Part shown: positions 38,794-52,045 of the stretch, piece after piece
Numbering within the stretch: position 1 is the first letter of the stretch
How the letters are laid out: the number at the start of each line of letters is the position of its first letter
Source: Rhizophagus irregularis
Taxonomy: Eukaryota
Reading direction: 5' to 3'
Assembly (NCBI RefSeq): GCF_026210795.1
Contig: NC_089430.1
Location: 1,364,001-1,428,000 of the forward strand
Length of the DNA stretch: 64,000 bases
Made by a program: the position numbers and the translations under genes
Notes under the pieces: generated by a model
Database searches by the model: none
What the model was told of the DNA's origin: nothing
The model's input: the letters and a program-made list of their open reading frames with translations, nothing else

Positions 38794-39293
38794 TTAACTA
38801 TTTTACAATTGATTTCCCATTTAATAATCATGATATCATTTAAACCTAAAACTTTTAACATATGAAATTATTGATCAGATAACTAAATTTTATTGGTTAA
38901 ATAATTTTTGAATTTTAAAAATAAGCGGCTGGGTCAAAAAGGCAAATTGTGATATAAAAACCAAATTTATAACTTTGTGTCGTCTTATTAATTAATTATA
39001 AACTAGACAATCAGCAGGAAACAAATTGAGAATTAGAGAATGTTAGAATCTTATTCATTTTTTTTAAATTAATTTGTTTGAATGAACAGATAAAATCATT
39101 AAATAGGATAGAAATTAAGGATAATTTCTTTTGTATAGGACTATTATTAGTATATAGGAGGGTTTATATTGTAACGATGTCAAATAAGGAATTCAAAAGG
39201 TCAGCAGAAGACAATTGGACAAATTCCAATAAAATTGTGTACTTCGTGGATTGATTTTTCTGTACTTTTTATAATATCCTTAAATTTTTTTCT

Positions 39294-41206
39294 TTTTTTT
39301 TTTTTTTTTATAAACGTATTTTATTCATTTTATTAATAAATAATAACGCATTATATTAACTAGTAAATACAAAAAAAATACATTGAAGCTAGTTATTTCT
39401 AACTACACCTCTCCATATAAAAACTTTAGAACTCAATCTAAAGTAGAGACTAACGTAACCAGCATGCTATTCACGAAATTCTAAAATCGACTAAGTATTT
39501 ACTAAAAAATTTTACTCTTTGTAATCTATTCTAAACTACACTAAATTATCTAATCTAAATACGTTTAACTATTTTATTGTGTTTTTCTAGTTTTCCTATT
39601 TTATCTAATTCGAGTTACCTCCATTGTTAATGTCTTCTACTTGACGAAGCAAAACATTCAGGCATTCCTTCATATTGTTCTCGCTCCATCCGAAGACCAT
39701 GTGATCTTGAGGTTGTTGTGTTTCTCCATTTCGCTGTTTTATTGAACTCTTTTAGCTCACCTGTATCGTCTATAAAATCATTTTCTTTTTTGATCAATAA
39801 TTCTAGTCCTACTTTGTATATCTTTATCGAATCCGTTACCACTTTCATCAATTTGTCCTCTGTACTAAAGTATAAAATAATGTGACGTGTACCGCTAACT
39901 CTAATAATTTTTCCAAAGGTAGCTCCATAAGTTTTTGCAAAATATCTAATTACCGCACAATCATCCTGTTGATTATCCTCTTCTAAGCGTTTACACACCT
40001 GCCAATGAAAAGTATTTTTGATTTCAGCATATGACCATCTTGAGTCAAACATTCTAACATAATATGTACGGTTTTTCCTATTTAAAATGACGTTCACACC
40101 GCCCTTTTTGTATATTTCTTCATATTTTTTGGTGAGGCGCAGTGTTGCTTTGACCGTCTTGTATTTGTGACACATTTTGGTTCTCATACATTCAATCAGA
40201 CCTACGGTTGTATTAATCGAATTAAAAATTTCTTCATCACTCCAGTATGCTGGTATGTCGTAGAAAGTAATATCACGTGATTTTTCGGCATAATATTCTT
40301 CCAGATAATCTTTTCTACTATCATCGATCGGGCCTATTTTGATTTCACCGATCATTCCATTTCGAGTATGTTATGCTCGCGCCCTTTTTCTCTTTTTGTT
40401 GGGGCGTTTTTTCTTTGTTTGTTTCTTATCTAAATCCATATCCGTATTTTGACACGTTGACTTTTCCACTTTAGCTTCCAATCCCTTATCTTTTCCCATA
40501 ACATATTAGTCTGTTCGCTTTTTTCCAATATGATTTGTTTCTTTGCTGTAACATCGGCTTGTAAATTTCTAATTATATTTTCTTTTGCTGTTACATCGGC
40601 TTCTAAATTCCTAATCCTACCTTCTAAATCTGTGATTATCAATCCATTTGTCAGACTACTATCTGCTGAATTTTCCTTAAACTTGTCAAAAGCTGTTGAA
40701 AGTGCATCGTATTTCCACTTGAGTTCATCAAATTCAGTCGCAGCCATTTTTTTATCATATTCCATTCGCTCAATTTCGATTTCAGCTTTCACGTGACACT
40801 CTATATATTCTTCTATTATTTTCTTCGCAGCTAGCCCTGCCCATTTCATTAAGAATACCGTTAGAAAGTAAAATACTGCTGGCACTCTCGTTTCAGGCTT
40901 GTTAATGCGTATTGGTAACTTTTCCAGTTTTGTTATGTTAGAAGGTCCTATTAGTTTATCTTCTAACTCTATATATTCTTCTATTTTCTTGCACTGTACT
41001 ATGTCTGCTAAGTGAGTGTCATAAATATCATCAAAGTTCTTAAAAAACTGTCTTAAACTATTCACTTTCGATTGAGCAACCCATGTCGGGACCTCTTCGT
41101 CATTTTTTTCACCTATTTTATCCATGTTGTATGTATCTGCAATAGTCAAGTAAAATAACAATATAATTTTTCTTTCGAAAAAAAAAAATTGGTTAAGAGA
41201 TCGCCC
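39294..41206 (-). mobile_element. 1.9-kb polyadenylated retroelement carrying only an ORF1-like gene, no reverse transcriptase
   Basis: Exact 17-bp TSD TCCTTAAATTTTTTTCT at 39277-39293 and 41207-41223; poly(A) tail (T run 39294-39309) preceded by AATAAA on minus; no introns; 5' end GGGCGATCTC. Confidence 0.85.
39627..41125 (-). pseudogene. LINE ORF1-like protein (coiled coil, basic NLS-like patch, RRM-like region), interrupted
   Basis: ORFs 40430-41161 and 39627-40355 join through one frameshift near 40485 (giving ..KKKRPNKKRKRARA) and one in-frame TAA near 40372; motifs RDITFYDIPAYWS and HKYKTVKATL. The ORF1 assignment is from recall of the family. Confidence 0.6.
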
Positions 41207-41291
41207 TCCTTAAATTTTTTTCTCTTGAAAACATAGGGTTATTACTAATATTAAACATTATTAGAACTTTAAACTTCAAATATTATGCTTA

Positions 41292-41572
41292 TTGCCGAAA
41301 ATATGGCCAAATGTGAAACTCTGGCCAAAACTTGAGATCAATGTCCAAAACTATTTTATAATTCTGGCCAAATTTTTTAGTGCTGGCCAGAATCATATAT
41401 CACATGACACAGATAAAAAGTGTTGCACCAAATTTATAATGCAGGCCAAAATGCATAATGCCGGCCAGAAAATTTTGGCCCAACTTTCAACTTTCGGCTG
41501 GAGTTTCGTTTTTGGAATGATTGGCCTAAGGCCGAACCCTTAAATTATTCTGAAATTACTGAGTTTTGGCAA
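41292..41572. repeat. Short element with repeated AATTCTGGCCA/GGCCAAA motifs; related sequence at ~27355-27525
   Basis: Multiple (ct)ggccaaa/ggccagaa units, ends TTGCCGAAAA / TTTTGGCAA. Confidence 0.5.
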
Positions 41573-42564
41573 CATGTATATACTGCATTGTTAATTTCAT
41601 TAGTTAAAACAACTTCACACTTATAAGTACAATTATTAATTTAGAGAAAAATCAAGCTTAAACTTACCATTAAAAATTTCATAGTATATGTTTAATACTT
41701 TGATAAATCTATGTAAAAGCTGGATGAAGGTCTATTTATAAGAATATAACAAAAAGTAAAAGTTCATAATTCCCACCAGTCTAACTTTATTGTAAAATAT
41801 ATATTAAAAATGTCAAATACAATTCGTAATATGTGTATTATGCTAGAACGTTCTGAAAAAAAAAGTCAATGGATTAATTATTCATTGATCGATCCAACCC
41901 TGTAACACTGGCTTCATTGTTACAAAAATAGCATATCCTAGCTACTATTACGAAAATAGCACTTTAAATCTAAAAATAAAAATAGATTGGAAATAGCTAA
42001 TGCTCCAAATTTTTCCGATCAGTTTTTGATCTGAAGCAGGTGATCACAAATTGGGGGCTCAGTTTTTATCAAGGTCTTGGAGTTGTCCAATTTCAACTGC
42101 GGATATAATTCATTGGCGTATTTACTGCAAAGTACCTGATTCCGAAAAATTTATTTTTGAGAAAGGGGTTTTTATGAAAGAAATATTAAGAAGGATGGGT
42201 ATGTGAGTATGGTAGATAGCAAACTTAACAATGCAGAGTAGCAGGAAGGAACTGCCATTCTTGCTCTGCAAGCATCTAGAGGCGGGAAAGCATATCATGT
42301 TTTTTCCTCCCTCAAAACTCACTAAATTCATTTTTACAGTGTATTACTTTGCAAAAAAAAAAATTAATAAAGATCTTCTTCATTGTGGATTTTTAAAATG
42401 AATTTATTAGATTATAGATTAAAGCCTTGATTGAATGTCTAATCTCTCTACCTAATTTGTGTTATTATACATCCGATTTTTAATACAATTAATCAATTGA
42501 ACCTCTACCTAATTTCTGTTACTATTATACATCCGATTTTAATTAAGAATTACAATTAATCTTT

Positions 42565-44020
42565 TTAGATTATTTCAAAAACTTTTTTACTTTTTTCCAA
42601 TGTAACAGTTGACACACCATGCTCAATCTCAATTTTAACTGAAATGGTTTTAACTCTATTAAGAAAGATATACAGTATCAGTTAAAAGCAAATTATAAGA
42701 CCATAAAACAATAAAATTATATCTTTATATAACTCACCCACTTGGAAGCTCCACTTCTGCTTTGAACGGTCCTATAGGTAAAAAATTTTTGATAGATTTC
42801 CCGGGGACAGACTTTTCACTGAAATTCCCCTCAATAATAATCAACTTGTTGCTAACAGAAGATACTAAGAGATCTGCTTTGTTTCTTATTCCAAGTGTAT
42901 GCAAAACTATATTGAATGTATGGCTTTATAATAAAGTACCAAAAAATAGAAATTGTTATTGAGTTATTTAATTAAACAGGACAGGTCAAGCACTAGTTAA
43001 AAAATAAGTACTATACATACTTATCCTCGTAGAGTCCATATAGTACACTGACAGGAGATTCAGAAAATTTGGGAGATTTTCTCATGTTTTCAGTTATTTT
43101 ACGTTTTTAAGACCTCTCATACTCATTTATATCATTATGGTCACTAATCTTAATAACAGAAGTTAAGGTTCCAGTATTGGCCGTCTCAGTATCCTAAATG
43201 TACAACAAATTTTTTTTACACTATCTGAACTGCCAGATTAATTTATGATAATAAATAAAATAAAAAAATTTACCATTTTATAAACAACCTTTCGAGTAGA
43301 ATTATAATAAGTTGCACCATAAAAGTGTATTAGACCTCTTTCTTTATCACCATCATAGTAGAAATGCTTATCCTTCGTACTATAATAAAACTGAGATGAT
43401 TCTTCCCATGATTCAAAGTGAATATGACCAAAACTGAAAAAACCATTTATTAGTAATTTAATAATGAATAAATTATAACAATTAATAATTTACCCTTTAT
43501 CCTTCTTCTTATGTACATAGACAAAATCAAATTTCGTAGTAGCTTTGATGCGTTCTGACATTTCATCATAATCAAGGCCTGTGATATCACATCCAACCAT
43601 CACTGAAAGTTCTGGCTTTCCACAGCATTTTCTGCCTACTAATAAAATAATAATAAAAGTAATAAAAATTTAGTAACACTCCCACAAAGGAAGGGTGGTT
43701 GCACTCCCACGAAGGGAGGGTGGTTACACTCCCACGAAGGAAGGATGGTTACACTCCCACAAAGGAAGGGTGGTTACACTCCCACAAAGGAAGGGTGGTT
43801 GCACTCCCACGAAGGGAGGGGTTGACTTCCCACTCACGGACAAGTTTTTTTGTTTGTCATAAAGGTAGGTACATAACTGACTCCTCTTCCAGAGCCAGTA
43901 GTCCTTTAATCAAAGAAACCCCACTTTCACAAGAAAGGGTGAGAAGAAGTCGAATGCGCCCAGGGTAACAACAACAACTCAAAGGGTAAAACACGAACTG
44001 TTGTAACTTACCTTTTCCAT
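42565..44020 (-). pseudogene. Multi-exon gene with RRM-like and Hsp20/alpha-crystallin-like domains, one in-frame stop
   Basis: Spliced minus-strand exons give KDKG|FGHIHFESWEES (RNP1-like), later LIIIEGNF..IGPFKAEVELPS..IEHGVSTVTLEK (Hsp20-like). TAA in ERS*KRK. First exon uncertain. Confidence 0.5.
43677..43825. repeat. 25-bp GC-rich minisatellite, ~6 copies
   Basis: CACTCCCAC(A/G)AAGG(A/G)AGGGTGGTT(A/G) tandem units. Confidence 0.9.
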
Positions 44021-44289
44021 TGCGACGTGAACTTCCGTTTCAATCGTTTCAATAAAAGAAAATATAATGTATATCGACGTGAACTTGAAAAAAATAGCGT
44101 GTCGTAAATTTCAGACGCGTTATATATAAGAGATAAAATATATAACGTAATTAAGAGACTCTGATTGGTGGCTTGTTAAGGGATGACGTATTTACTGCAC
44201 ATGATATCTAAGCCACCCACGTGGTTTGAAAAAAAAGAAAATGAAGTAATATACGAATATTTGTGGTAAACACCCACCCAATAATTCTT

Positions 44290-45919
44290 CTAGGCAGTTA
44301 CCGGAGAGATAATAGGACTCATCATTGGGGAAGTTTTCCTTTCACGTCTTCCATTACGATAGTAATAACCTCTATCATGATTACCCCATTCATCGTATTC
44401 ATCGTATCCACCGTATTCATCGTATCCACCGTATCCACTGTATCCATCGTATCCATCATCTGAATCATCTAGCCTCTCTTCTTCAGAATCGCTGTTGTGA
44501 CTACAATCACTATCATCACTATCATCATCTGTCTGGTCCCGCCTCTTTGAGGCCTCCCTGAGGGACCTTTTAACTTCATTAGTTCTTTTTTCCATTGACG
44601 TAGGCATAAGATCATCATTAGCTTTGGGTATATTCTTTGAACTGTTTCTAGAGGAATCATTTGAAGAATTATTGCCTTTAGCGCCTTCAGCAGAGACGTG
44701 GGTTGAAGGAATAGGTGCAGTTGATGCAAGTTTCGAAGATGCATCACCATTGATGGTTTTCGAAGGCACATGACTCTGATCGTTTCCCAAGAAAACAGTT
44801 TTTGAGGTTACTTGATCTATAACATTTTGAATTTGTTTGTTAGTTAATTTTGAAATCTCATTTGCACTGCAATTGACACACTTAATTTTATCAATCCCTA
44901 CACCATTCTCTCCAAACAATTTTGCGAACTTTTTTGGCTCTAAGAGTTTTAATTCGCAAGGCAACAGGCGTAATACCAGCCAGATGTTCTAACATTTCCT
45001 TATATATTTGAGTTCTTGCAGTTTTATCAGTAACTCCTGTCTCACGACGAATTTCAACAACCTCATTTTCAAAATTATCTGAATAATGAACCCAGGACAA
45101 AATCTCTTCATGTCCAGCTCGTGTTGCATTTCGAAACAAATGGATTAGGCTTTGTGTTGTAATTTGGCCGTAAGATGCTTCGCAAGAGGATGAATACTGC
45201 TCACTAATTTCGGAAAGTGAAGCAATAATACTGCCACTCTGTAAATCTCGTATTAAATCAAGTTCTATATTCTGATTTTTAGTGAGCTTGATTTCATCAG
45301 AGTCGTCAAAATCTTGAATAACCTTTTGCTGATTTCTTGAAGTTTTCTCAATTTTTTCCGACTTCTCTGAAACCATCTGATCATTTCCTGAGGAAATGGT
45401 TTTTGTACTACTTTCAATTTTATCGTTTCCCGAGAAAACAGTTGGATTATTTCCTGCAGAAGGTAATACCTTAAGGAAGGCTGACTCACGCAAAAGTTTC
45501 TTCTCCTTATTGCATTGCTTTATTTCACTACTAACGATTTTCTTATGAGCCTCAAGCAAGAAACTATCCATATCTTTCTCTTCCAACGATTTGCCGTTAG
45601 CCATTAAGGAATTATCTGTTTCCACATTCACTAATAGTTTCTCATGATACTCTGTAACTGAATTAAAGTTAGATGTACTATTGTCAGAAGGATTATCATT
45701 ATACGTCTGCTCTTCCACTGGTAAGGAAGCCTGTTCCACTATCGCAAGTCTGGTCTCAAGCTCCTTATTTTTTTGCTCCAGTTTCTCAACTCTAACATCA
45801 CGTCTAGTGTTCTCCTCCATAATCTGCTTTAAAAGTTCAGTATTCTCCTTCCTAAGCTCTGCATTCTCAGCCTCAAGTTCAGTGATACGCTGTTTCAATA
45901 ATTCAAGTTCGGATGTCAT
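44290..45919 (-). pseudogene. Intronless coiled-coil family protein with a frameshift near 44930; Gly-Tyr/acidic C-terminus
   Basis: ORFs 44891-45919 and 44290-44964 overlap and read continuously (..LRAKK / FAKLFGENGVGIDKIK); GYDGYSGYGGYDEY repeats. Confidence 0.65.
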
Positions 45920-45940
45920 GATCTAAATATATAAAACTAA

Positions 45941-47561
45941 CCCTATAAGAAATATGTATACAGAAAGGATACGTTTTGTATACATTTTATGTACATTTCT
46001 ATAGATTCCGTATACAAATTCCATATATTTAATAAGCAATTCATTTTTGAACATTTTTTAAAAAAACTGAATGTATACGGAAAAAATTAATCATACGGAA
46101 TGTATACGGAATTTTTAAACTTAATATTTTTAGAAAATAATTTTACAAAAATCTCGTATCATAACACGAGATCACGTGATTGTTTATTGTTTTGTTATGA
46201 TACGTTTTTTGTTTTTATATAAACCCTTACTTTGATGAGTTTGATCTTCCGATCTTCCTTTCTGTCTTTCCCTTCCTTCTCTTTTCTCTTGTCTTATTTT
46301 TGTTATTTTTTCTAAATTTTTCTTCTTTTTTCGTCACCCCCTTTTAAAAAAAAATTTTTTTTTCGTACCTCACTTTAAATTTTTTTTTTTCATCACTCTC
46401 TCCTTTAAAAAAAAATTTTTTTTCGTTACTCCCTTAAAAAAAAAATTTTTTTTTTGATTTTATTCTTTTATTCCCACTCTTTTTTTTAAAAAAAAATTTT
46501 CTTCTTTCTATTTCTATTTCCTCTTTATGAAAAATTTTTATTTTTCTAACTTTGACGTCCTCCCTTTAAAAAAAAAATTTTTTTTTAACTTTCCTAACTT
46601 TGTTACTCTCTTTTTAAAAAAATATTTTTTTTGATTTATTCTTTATTCCCCTTTCTTTTTTATTTATATTTATCTCTTTTTTTATTTCATAGGCCAGCAG
46701 ATTTTTTTTTGTGAGAAGACTCAGTTTCTTTTTTCTTTTTTTGTAGATCAGTTTGGGAATCCTTTCCTTTTTGTAGGATTGTTCAGGATTTTTTTCTTTT
46801 TTTAGGTCAGTTCAAATTTTCTTTTTTTTTTTTGTAAGTTGGGTTCAGATTCTTTTCTTTTTGTAGGTTGTTTCAGTTTTGTTGCTTCAGAGTCTTCTTT
46901 TTTTGTAGGTCAGTTTTGGATTTATTTTGTTGTTTTGGTTTCTTTTTCATCAGATGCTTCATAATTCTTTTCATTTATGTAGGGTTTCTTTTTCATCAGA
47001 TGCTTCATAATTCTTTTCATTTATGTAGGTCAGACATTCTGGAGTTCTCTTTCTTTTTTTGTAGGAATACTGACCTTTGGTGACTTGGACGATTGCAGAT
47101 ACTATATGAAGGGGGTTTTGTTTCCAATTAAGTTAGACGTTCTTATGTTTCTTTTTTTGTTTTTTTTAGGTTGTTTGACTCCAAATGAACCTGAACTTAT
47201 AGATAATTTTGGTTGCAATAGGTGGTTTTAATAAGGAGGAATTTTCATAATGTATTTGTATTTTGTTTATTTTTTATTTTTTATTTAATTTAATAAAGTA
47301 AAATTAGATTTATGTAAATATAATTATAGTAAACTATAATACAAATAGTAAATTCAGTGATCAAATCGTATAAATTTTGTGATAAAATCAGTGATTAAAT
47401 CATGTAAATTCCATATGAATTCCGTGCAAATTCCGTATCCAAACCATATTTTTAGTGATACGGAATTGTGCATTTTTCCGTATCCTATTATGATACGTTA
47501 TTTCTAAGGAAAAAAATCGTATAAAAACTTTATAAAAAACGTATCCAATTTTTTTATAGGG
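45941..47561. mobile_element. 1.6-kb non-autonomous DNA transposon with CCCTATAA termini (CMC/CACTA-like, superfamily uncertain)
   Basis: Ends CCCTATAAGAAA / TTTTTATAGGG; TAA on both flanks; subterminal TTCCGTAT/ATACGGAA repeats at both ends; T-rich noncoding core. Confidence 0.8.
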
Positions 47562-47728
47562 TAATACACTGTATTTAAGCATTCAAATAAAAAAAATCAC
47601 ATGACTTTGATCGTTTTCTGAGGAAACGGTTTTTGCCAAGAAATTTTTATTAATATATACGAAAAATAAATACAAATGTTCAGGACTGTGCCCGTGATAT
47701 ATGAAGTCTATGCTATTATTATACATGA

Positions 47729-48863
47729 TTATTCCTTAATAAATTTTTTCGTCCTTGCTCTCTTATTATCTGGAGCATCGTCAACTTCTACCCTATATTT
47801 CGACAAACCTATGATTACCCCCATGACCTCCTTCACTCCTTGACAAAGCTTTGTGTCATCATCTAAAATATCCTCAGTAAGGTCAATGTGATAGTCGGCC
47901 TTTGTACAATAAATTCTTTCTGGCGTGTACATGATAAAGTACCAATCTGTGGCTAAAATTGACAAAAGTTAATAACATCATTCAACATTTAGCTCATAAT
48001 ATGATACGCAACTATAGCCAAAAAAATTTCACCTGTTGTGACGATTCCGTAAAGATAGTCAAAATCATCATCGAAAGCTTCAGACGCCTTTCATTTTCTC
48101 TTATTCGTATGGTAGGAGTTCTCGAGTTGCATCACATTCTGCGTAATGTCCAAGACCTCTTGATTCTGTTTTCCTTCGGTGATGCAAACAAGTTCCTCAT
48201 TCAATACATCTATTATTTTTTGATTGCAAAATTGACTCGTCCCGTTGCTTCCTCACCAATGACTTCGAACTGAGGTTCTAAGGATATTCTCTACCAGGTG
48301 ATATCTTTAACTATATATATTGCTGAAAGTAGTATTGCCTCGATATATGAACAGCGTACGGCTTCATTACTGCTTTTTGCCAAACCTATGATACCCATTT
48401 TTTGTTTAATCTTGGTTATATAATATCGGAAATGTTTATCAGCGCCATCAATTTCCACAAGTTCTGATACGAATGGCAGAATCTTTTTTATATCATTGCT
48501 ATCAATGCTGTACTTGCGCAACACCTCACTCAAGTCTTTTTTGGTTTTGTATGAGGAAAACGAGCATAATTTTTTCTCCTTACACTCCTTGGCAAAGTCC
48601 GCAAGCCTTAACGCAGGTCCACCCTTCATTCCATAATCTCTGAGCCTTTGTTCGGTCATTTTGAGAAAATCACGACCAATAACCTCTTCATTTTCTAAAA
48701 TTTCATAAACCTTCTCACTAAGCCCTAAGCCCTGCCCCCGCAAAAAAGAGATAAGTCCAGCCGTATCATATTTCTTGACTTCGTCCACCAATGTAACTGT
48801 CTCATTTCCAGTCATTGTAACAGAGGTGGAAGTAGAGGCGGGTGTATCTACTATTTCAGACAT
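47729..48863 (-). pseudogene. Crinkler-type SAM-domain + PD-(D/E)xK nuclease-fold gene with premature stops
   Basis: SAM-like GRDFLKMTEQRLRDYGMKGGPALRL; reading through TAG (48291) gives LEPQFEVIGEEATGRVNFAI..CITEGK..QNVMQLE; TGA at 48091; YGIVTT|intron|ATDWYF. Confidence 0.75.
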
Positions 48864-49069
48864 AGTGTTAGGTTTTATAGTGATATTTGAGTTAGATAAA
48901 AAAATAGTGTTACATTCTGGAGTGAGATAAAATTTTGTTCAGAAAAGAGAATACTGGGCATTAATATAGGTTTTTATGTCGCACAGGCATTGCATCATTA
49001 CACGTGTCCCATTCCTCATATCGTTCGATAAAATAATACTTTATTTATGAAATAAAAATATTGCCGGAT

Positions 49070-49375
49070 GATACAGAAGATTATTCTGACCGTGATATGA
49101 AAGTGCTCTGCTTTAGGCTCCTCAGTAGAAGTAAAAATTTCATCAAACGTATCATACCCATCCATTTCCTTTTCAATACCGCTTTCGGCTTAAATTATAC
49201 AAAATTTGAGAGGGATTTTGTTAAATGGTGCCCCCAATCTGCTTTGAATTACAGTCTCAAGTTCTCTATAAGTACTAGCTTTGTAAAATGTAATCGATTG
49301 CATTACTTTAATGCATGGAATATTCATAAGTTTTCCTATAGGAACGATAAGACAATTGAGAGTGATTTCGGTCAT
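49070..49375 (-). pseudogene. Stand-alone Crinkler-N-like ubiquitin-fold domain with internal stop
   Basis: MTEITLNCLIVP...; reading past TAA gives ..EEPKAEHFHITV, like the HxxV end of CRN N-termini. Confidence 0.55.
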
Positions 49376-49973
49376 TTTGTTTTCATAAATATAAGATCCA
49401 TAGTGAGAAAATTCCTTGGCCCACTCGCATTAAAGAACATACAATATACTGTACATACCTTATTTTTGTGTTATTTTACGGGAAACTCTTTTGCGGAAAG
49501 TTGGCTGAACTTCCACATACCTCTACATGCTTTATATCTTGCTGGGAAAGAGTTAGGAAGGTATGAGGCGTAATTAGTATTGTCGTCTGATGCCAAGAGT
49601 TCCATGAAAGCATATGTAAACGGAACCTTCATACCTTTTCACATGTAGATCTACCGGAAGACACAAGCTTGGTTTTACGCCTGGCGATCTCGAAATTGTG
49701 ACTCCCTCAGCCTTTCATAACATATGCTTTTATCATCAATATTTACTTTTAGAGCTGGTCCTGTGTTGCAACTAGACCCCCTTTCACATTTTCTCACATT
49801 CATTTGGGAAAAAAAATAAAGAATAAAGGTTAATATGTTTTTTCGAATATATATGCAAAAATTAATATGTTGTACAAGACCTAATATGTGATCGGCCTAT
49901 TTTTGTCGCACAATCTGTGGCCCAGCAAAAATCTTCCAAGCTGATGATCATGACACGGCCCGCTCCGGACTAG

Positions 49974-51215
49974 CTAGATTGGTAAAGTACAGTACCATTC
50001 TGATTGATTAGCTAGTATTCTATCACCAGCTCTCGACATTAAGGTGGAAATAATACCTCGAGTCGGTGAATGTCTGTTCATAGCTATAATGTGGTAATCG
50101 TCACCAGAGTCAACCGTCATGAAACTAAGATGCTGGTATAACTGAGGTAAAACTGAATTCAGATTATTACCAACACTATGCCGAATTTTATATATCCGTC
50201 CTATCTCTTGATCTAATTCAGCTCGCATATCCATAGAATTCATGAAATCCTCAACATGGATATTTGGATTAAGTAAAACGAGCTGATCTATGGCTTCTTT
50301 AGTAATATTAGCACATCCCTCCAGATTAAGATATTTTAAATAAAGACACAAATGAGAAATTTCTTTGATAGTTACATCAGTAATTCCACAAAAACTAAGG
50401 TTGAGATGTTGGAGATTTGGACAGGAATGAATGGCATTGCAAATTGAAGTCTCGGTGACGTAAACACACCTACCAAAATCAAGATACTCCACACTAAGAT
50501 GTTTCTCTACATTAAGGTGTTTCTCTACAGTAAGAAGTTTTTTTACTAATATATCACATCTATTTTTTCTTCGACAGCTACCCGGAATACTGAATCTTCA
50601 TAAATTTGGACATGAGTTTAAGATGTGACTTATAAATCTTTCAGAAATCAAATGCGTACAAGCAAAATGAAACTCTTGTAAAGCTTGGCAACTGTCCGCA
50701 ATTTTGATTAAAGATCTATCAGTAATACCTTGGCAGAAAGAAATATTTAGATATTCTATTTTACGACATGATCCCACCATTCCACATAAAGCTTTATCAC
50801 CCATAATACCACTACTACATAAATTAAGATATCTCAGATTGGGGTATGCTTTAAGCTGATTTAATGCTCTATTACTAAAACCCACACAATTTTCAAAATT
50901 CAAATGAATTATGTTTGGGCATGTTCTTACGATACCTTCAATTTTCTTACTTGAAAGTGGATTATAGTATGAAATTTCGAGATGGGTTGGTTTCGAGCTA
51001 TAAATTGGCTTTTGCTTCCCACATACTAATTCTATGAATTTCTTTGCTTTGGGATCATTCCCTTTTAGCTCAATGCGTCTCCATAGAATAGGGGCACCGC
51101 ATCTGTACCACAATCGGGAAACATATAGAGCGGGATAGAGAGATTTATCTATCAATAAGAAATATAAAATTTGTTCTAATAGTTCTGGTAAATAAAAGAT
51201 GGTTAAATGCGTCAT
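49974..51215 (-). pseudogene. F-box + cysteine-containing LRR protein, split by one in-frame TGA
   Basis: LPELLEQIL..LYVSRLW F-box; LxxLNLxxCxxITD repeats; ORFs 50598-51215 and 49974-50492 share a frame across TGA 50598-50600. Confidence 0.8.
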
Positions 51216-51260
51216 AAATAATATATGCTGTATCTTTAAACAAAAAATAAAATTACGCGA

Positions 51261-51737
51261 TCACTGATTCAGACCCGCATGATTGGAATCATGGGTTTCT
51301 TTGGACTCAGATGAATCTGTCTCCTAGCAGAATGGCACAAAATCACCATATATTGTTAATCCTTGTTTTTCCATATCTATTTTTGCTTCACGAAGCCATA
51401 ACCATGGTAATCCTAATACAAGGTCCGCTTTCGGCTTTTCAATAATCATGAAATCATTAAAAACATCGTCACCATTAGTAGATACTAGTTTATCTTTCCC
51501 TTCATATCAGAAAGATAAATCCAGACATTCCAACCTGTTTTTTTCTTTATATTCAGTGTACTCCATCTCAAGCTTATCAACCAAGCTTCTTCTAATAAAA
51601 TTTTCTCTAGATGATGTGTCTATCAATGCCTTAACTGTATAGAATCTATATCCTGCTTTCATTGCTCCGTGGCAACTTTTTAGATCTATATCATCATCTC
51701 CCTGAAAATGCCAAACTTTACATTCTATATAAGCCAT
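51261..51737 (-). pseudogene. Stand-alone retropepsin-like aspartic protease with stops
   Basis: KALIDTSSRENFI and, past TGA 51507, ADLVLGLPWL..AKID. Confidence 0.7.
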
Positions 51738-52045
51738 TTTAAGTATTGTGTTTTATAACCGAATATATTTAATGGTAAAAATATAGGGTTCATGACTCCT
51801 TGTCCTTGCGGCCATGTTATGCATCCAAAAAGGTCTTGAGGCATCATCACTCCTCGTATTATTAATGGAGTCGAATTACTATATTTGTTTTTTATCTTCA
51901 CGATAATTGAGAGATCTAGTGGATTCCTATCTGTAAAAATATACACTGATTATAGTTAATAAGGTGTCATCAGTCGTGGACCGCCCAAAGGGCACATGAA
52001 AATGTATCTGTTATTAAAATTGAACTAGCATGATATATATTAGTT

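Noticed and set aside
43699..43968. 89-aa ORF
   Set aside because: Arises largely from the 25-bp minisatellite; no independent coding evidence.
44263..44771. His/Arg repeat ORFs (RIHRIH)
   Set aside because: Antisense or off-frame readings of the GYDEY-coding repeat.
49061..49573. 170-aa plus-strand ORF
   Set aside because: Antisense to the CRN-N-like gene, with no recognisable motif.
51261..51737. LTR retrotransposon around the aspartic protease
   Set aside because: No gag, RT, integrase or LTRs were found nearby.
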